Of a stretch of DNA of 64,000 nucleotides, positions 61,338-64,000 are shown in pieces (position 1 is the stretch's first letter; every line of letters begins with the position of its first letter). This stretch comes from Rhizodiscina lignyota (Eukaryota). Both the position numbers and the translations under genes were made by a program. The notes beneath the pieces were generated by a model, which saw nothing but the letters and a program-made list of their open reading frames with translations, had not been told where the DNA came from and did no database searches. The stretch spans positions 62,001 through 126,000 of the forward strand of contig ML978122.1 in NCBI GenBank assembly GCA_010015805.1, given 5' to 3'.

Positions 61338-63798
61338 TCACAATAGCTCTCTTGCCGCCGTAAAGAGGAGGCATAAAATCATGACCCAATCCCACTGAGT
61401 GCCTATCATCTCAGAAGCCGCTCCCTCGAACTGTACAAACCCAGTTGTCGACTGCGGTCCCGTAGAGCCAGTCTCTACTGCATCCGTGCTAACTCCCACC
61501 GTTGTTTTCTTCCCATTTCCTTCAATCACAACACCTGTTCCCACTGCACTAACCTCTACATCATCGATCGTTACATCCTCGCCGCCCACTGTTATTGTTC
61601 TTGCAGGTTGTCCATTTACTCCCGGTATAACAAACACACCACTGCTAATCTCAACCGCCGTGACGGTCTCCGCCCTCCTCGTCCCTGACGCTGGTACCGT
61701 GAAGACCGCCGCCGTGATAGATCCAGCCGCCTCAATCGACGAGGCAACGGAACCGCCTAGCGCCGAGATAATGTAGTCGCCTATGCCAATCGTGCTTTGT
61801 GCGCTACCACTTCCCGTGCCAGACCCGGGAGTCGGAGTGGGAAGGACAGACGTGCTGCTGCCGACAACGAGAACGCTTGATCCAGCAGCGTTTGTTGTGA
61901 GTGCGACAACAGTCGTGTCGGAGCCTGATCCAACAGTTATGGGATGAGATGGGGCAAGGGTTTGACCACTGATAACGAAAGCAGTCGGGGCTGCGCCAGG
62001 AGCAGTAGCTGTAGGAGTGAACGTAATGCCTCCGACAACGATTGGTTGGGGAACGAGAGACGCGCCAGCGGGTGTTGAGCCTAGACTTTCGAATGCGCCA
62101 GATGAAAGAGTCGTCGTGCTGCCACCGATCACCAGTACGGTGTTTCCATTGCGAGATCCGCTGCCACTTCCCGAGCCACCCGAATTACCAGAACCACTGC
62201 CACCATTTGACCCACTACCATCATTTGACCCACTATCACCTTTTGGCCCGCTTCCACCACCAGAGCCACTTCCACTTCCTGATCCGCTGCCACCGGTCGT
62301 TTGAATTACGACTGGAACCGGAGAAGCGCCAGAAGATGGAGTCACAAATACTGTCGAGCCAGGTGTCAGAGTCTGCCCACCCGCCACGAGATGTCCGCCA
62401 TTGTCAGCAGAAACAGTGACGCCGTTTTGTACGATTGTCCGCGCAGGAGTAGCAGTGGGCTGGGCTGGGCTGTTCGGCGTATCCTGCGCCTGAGCTGGAC
62501 GACCAGGAGAATTTTGAGGCTGCGCGTTAGATGCGGCAGATGCAATCACTCCAGCAATACCACCGGCTTGATTGTTATCCTGACTGTCATGTGCCGCTGC
62601 AGCTGTCGCTGTGGTCTTAGGAGTTGTTGCAGTACGAGCAGCTGACGCTGCAGATGCAATTGCACCGGCTAGGCCGTCACCATTGTTTCCTTCGCTTTGA
62701 GAATTTGCCCCCTCTGAAGCCTGTCCTTTTCCACCTCCGCCTCCGCCAGCTGTCGGTTTTGTCTCCGGGCTTGTTGGTACTGTAGCTTCTGTGTGAGCAA
62801 GGTGAGGCGTCGCTCGATGGCCGCCCGAAGATGAAGTGTCTTGATCGGTTTTGCGACCCGGTGGAGGTGTCGCTGGTTCATCGTCCTCGTAAGATACTGA
62901 TGTGTCAGTTAATAGATAAGCAGTATCTAGGATAGTCGCTGGCGCTGGCAGCAACGGCCAGTTGCAGCTCTTGAATGCTGCTTCTCCTGGGAAAACTGAT
63001 TGATAAAAGTCTGTCTCATCGATTTGGTCATAATACGTCGTGTAGAAGACGCCTCTGGTGTCTCCACCCTTTGGAAATGGTATGCTGATATCTTTATTTC
63101 CAACATACGAGTATATGTCCGGCGGGAAAGTTGTTGGACCGGGTTGAGGGTGAGACGGGAGTGTCACCGTTGTGCCGTTGGGTGCTCTCTTGCAAACTGC
63201 ATCACCGCCAGTTGTGGTCGTTGCGAGTGTACCGTTGAAGCTATATGAAGAGTCATACAAGGTATATTCTGTTGGAAATGTACTGTTCTAAATTAGCAGA
63301 CCAAGGTATAAGAAGGTGCAGAGATCTCCTACATGACTGTTGTTCCATTGTTGTTGAAGTCAGTAGTCACTGTGAAAATAGCAGACCCAGCGCTATCGAC
63401 AGGCGGCCTTGTATAGCCTTCTGGGAGATCAATAAAGTGAGTCTCTGTCCTTGTTGTGTTCTTCCTCCGGTTCACAATGAGGACCACGTCTGCTGCCTTG
63501 ATCGTCTCGTTGAAGTACCGCTGCGAATAGCGTACTACATCCACAAACATGTAGGTTCCCATAGTACAATTTAATGAACATGATGGCACTGTTGGAAGAG
63601 AAGGTGCACTTGTCGGATGAGGTGCACGTGTCGTTGATGAATTAGTATACGATACAGCTGACGGATTGGTTAGGACTGTCTTGTACCATGAAGAATGAAG
63701 TTTTCCTTACTGCGGGGAGCAAATGAATGGCAGTAACAAATTGCAACGAGAGCCTGTAGTATTAAGAAACGAAAGAACATTGCCATCGCGGGTATCAT
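61338..63798 (-). CDS. Secreted, probably GPI-anchored Ser/Thr/Gly-rich (mucin-like) cell-surface protein
   Basis: Signal peptide MIPAMAMFFRFLILQALVAICYC. Introns 63710-63658 and 63332-63283 join in frame. GQTL-type repeats, a GS tract, and C-terminal FEGAA followed by a hydrophobic tail. Confidence 0.8.
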
Positions 63799-64000
63799 AA
63801 CATTTGGAAACAGAGAGTTGCACGGGAGATGTTAGGCAGAGATGAGAAGAAAGGAAATGCGCCTGCAGAAGAGCAGGCTGGAGACAACAGCGCAAATCAG
63901 ACCGTCTCCTCTTGAGGCCTTGATTTAGCTCCTCTTCCCATACACGCCAGTTCTCCCCGCTACCTTCCAGTTCATAATTAGCCTCGTGCGGCTGAGCATC

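Noticed and set aside
62155..62295. GS-rich repetitive DNA as a repeat array or CRISPR
   Set aside because: It is a low-complexity coding linker inside the cell-surface protein, and the context is eukaryotic with no spacers.

Overview
Fungal (filamentous ascomycete) genomic window with spliceosomal introns. 0.6-16.8 kb is a five-gene extracellular fusarinine-type siderophore cluster (sidJ-like esterase, SitT-like ABC exporter, SidD NRPS, SidH hydratase, SidF transacylase) with SreA-type GATA sites, followed by a CMD/AhpD-like gene that also carries a peroxisomal signal. At 19.5-19.7 kb on the minus strand is a compact, Pol III-type non-coding gene: TATA box, A box, B box, UUCG 5' hairpin and oligo-T terminator. 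It is not a tRNA, 5S or U6, and it carries a 21-nt element antisense to U2 snRNA. This is the most unusual feature in the window. 21.5-44.8 kb is mostly housekeeping: sulfotransferase-like protein, AT-hook/EVE protein, kinesin-5, PHAF1-like protein, endopolygalacturonase, mitochondrial IleRS, Djp1-like DnaJ, eIF4E and squalene synthase. 45-64 kb is accessory-like: small secreted protein, orphan GliT-like oxidoreductase, a gene-poor stretch, a C2H2 protein, a HET-domain gene bracketed by a diverged inverted repeat, and a GPI-anchored mucin-like protein. Family assignments come from motif recognition and recalled sequences, not database searches.
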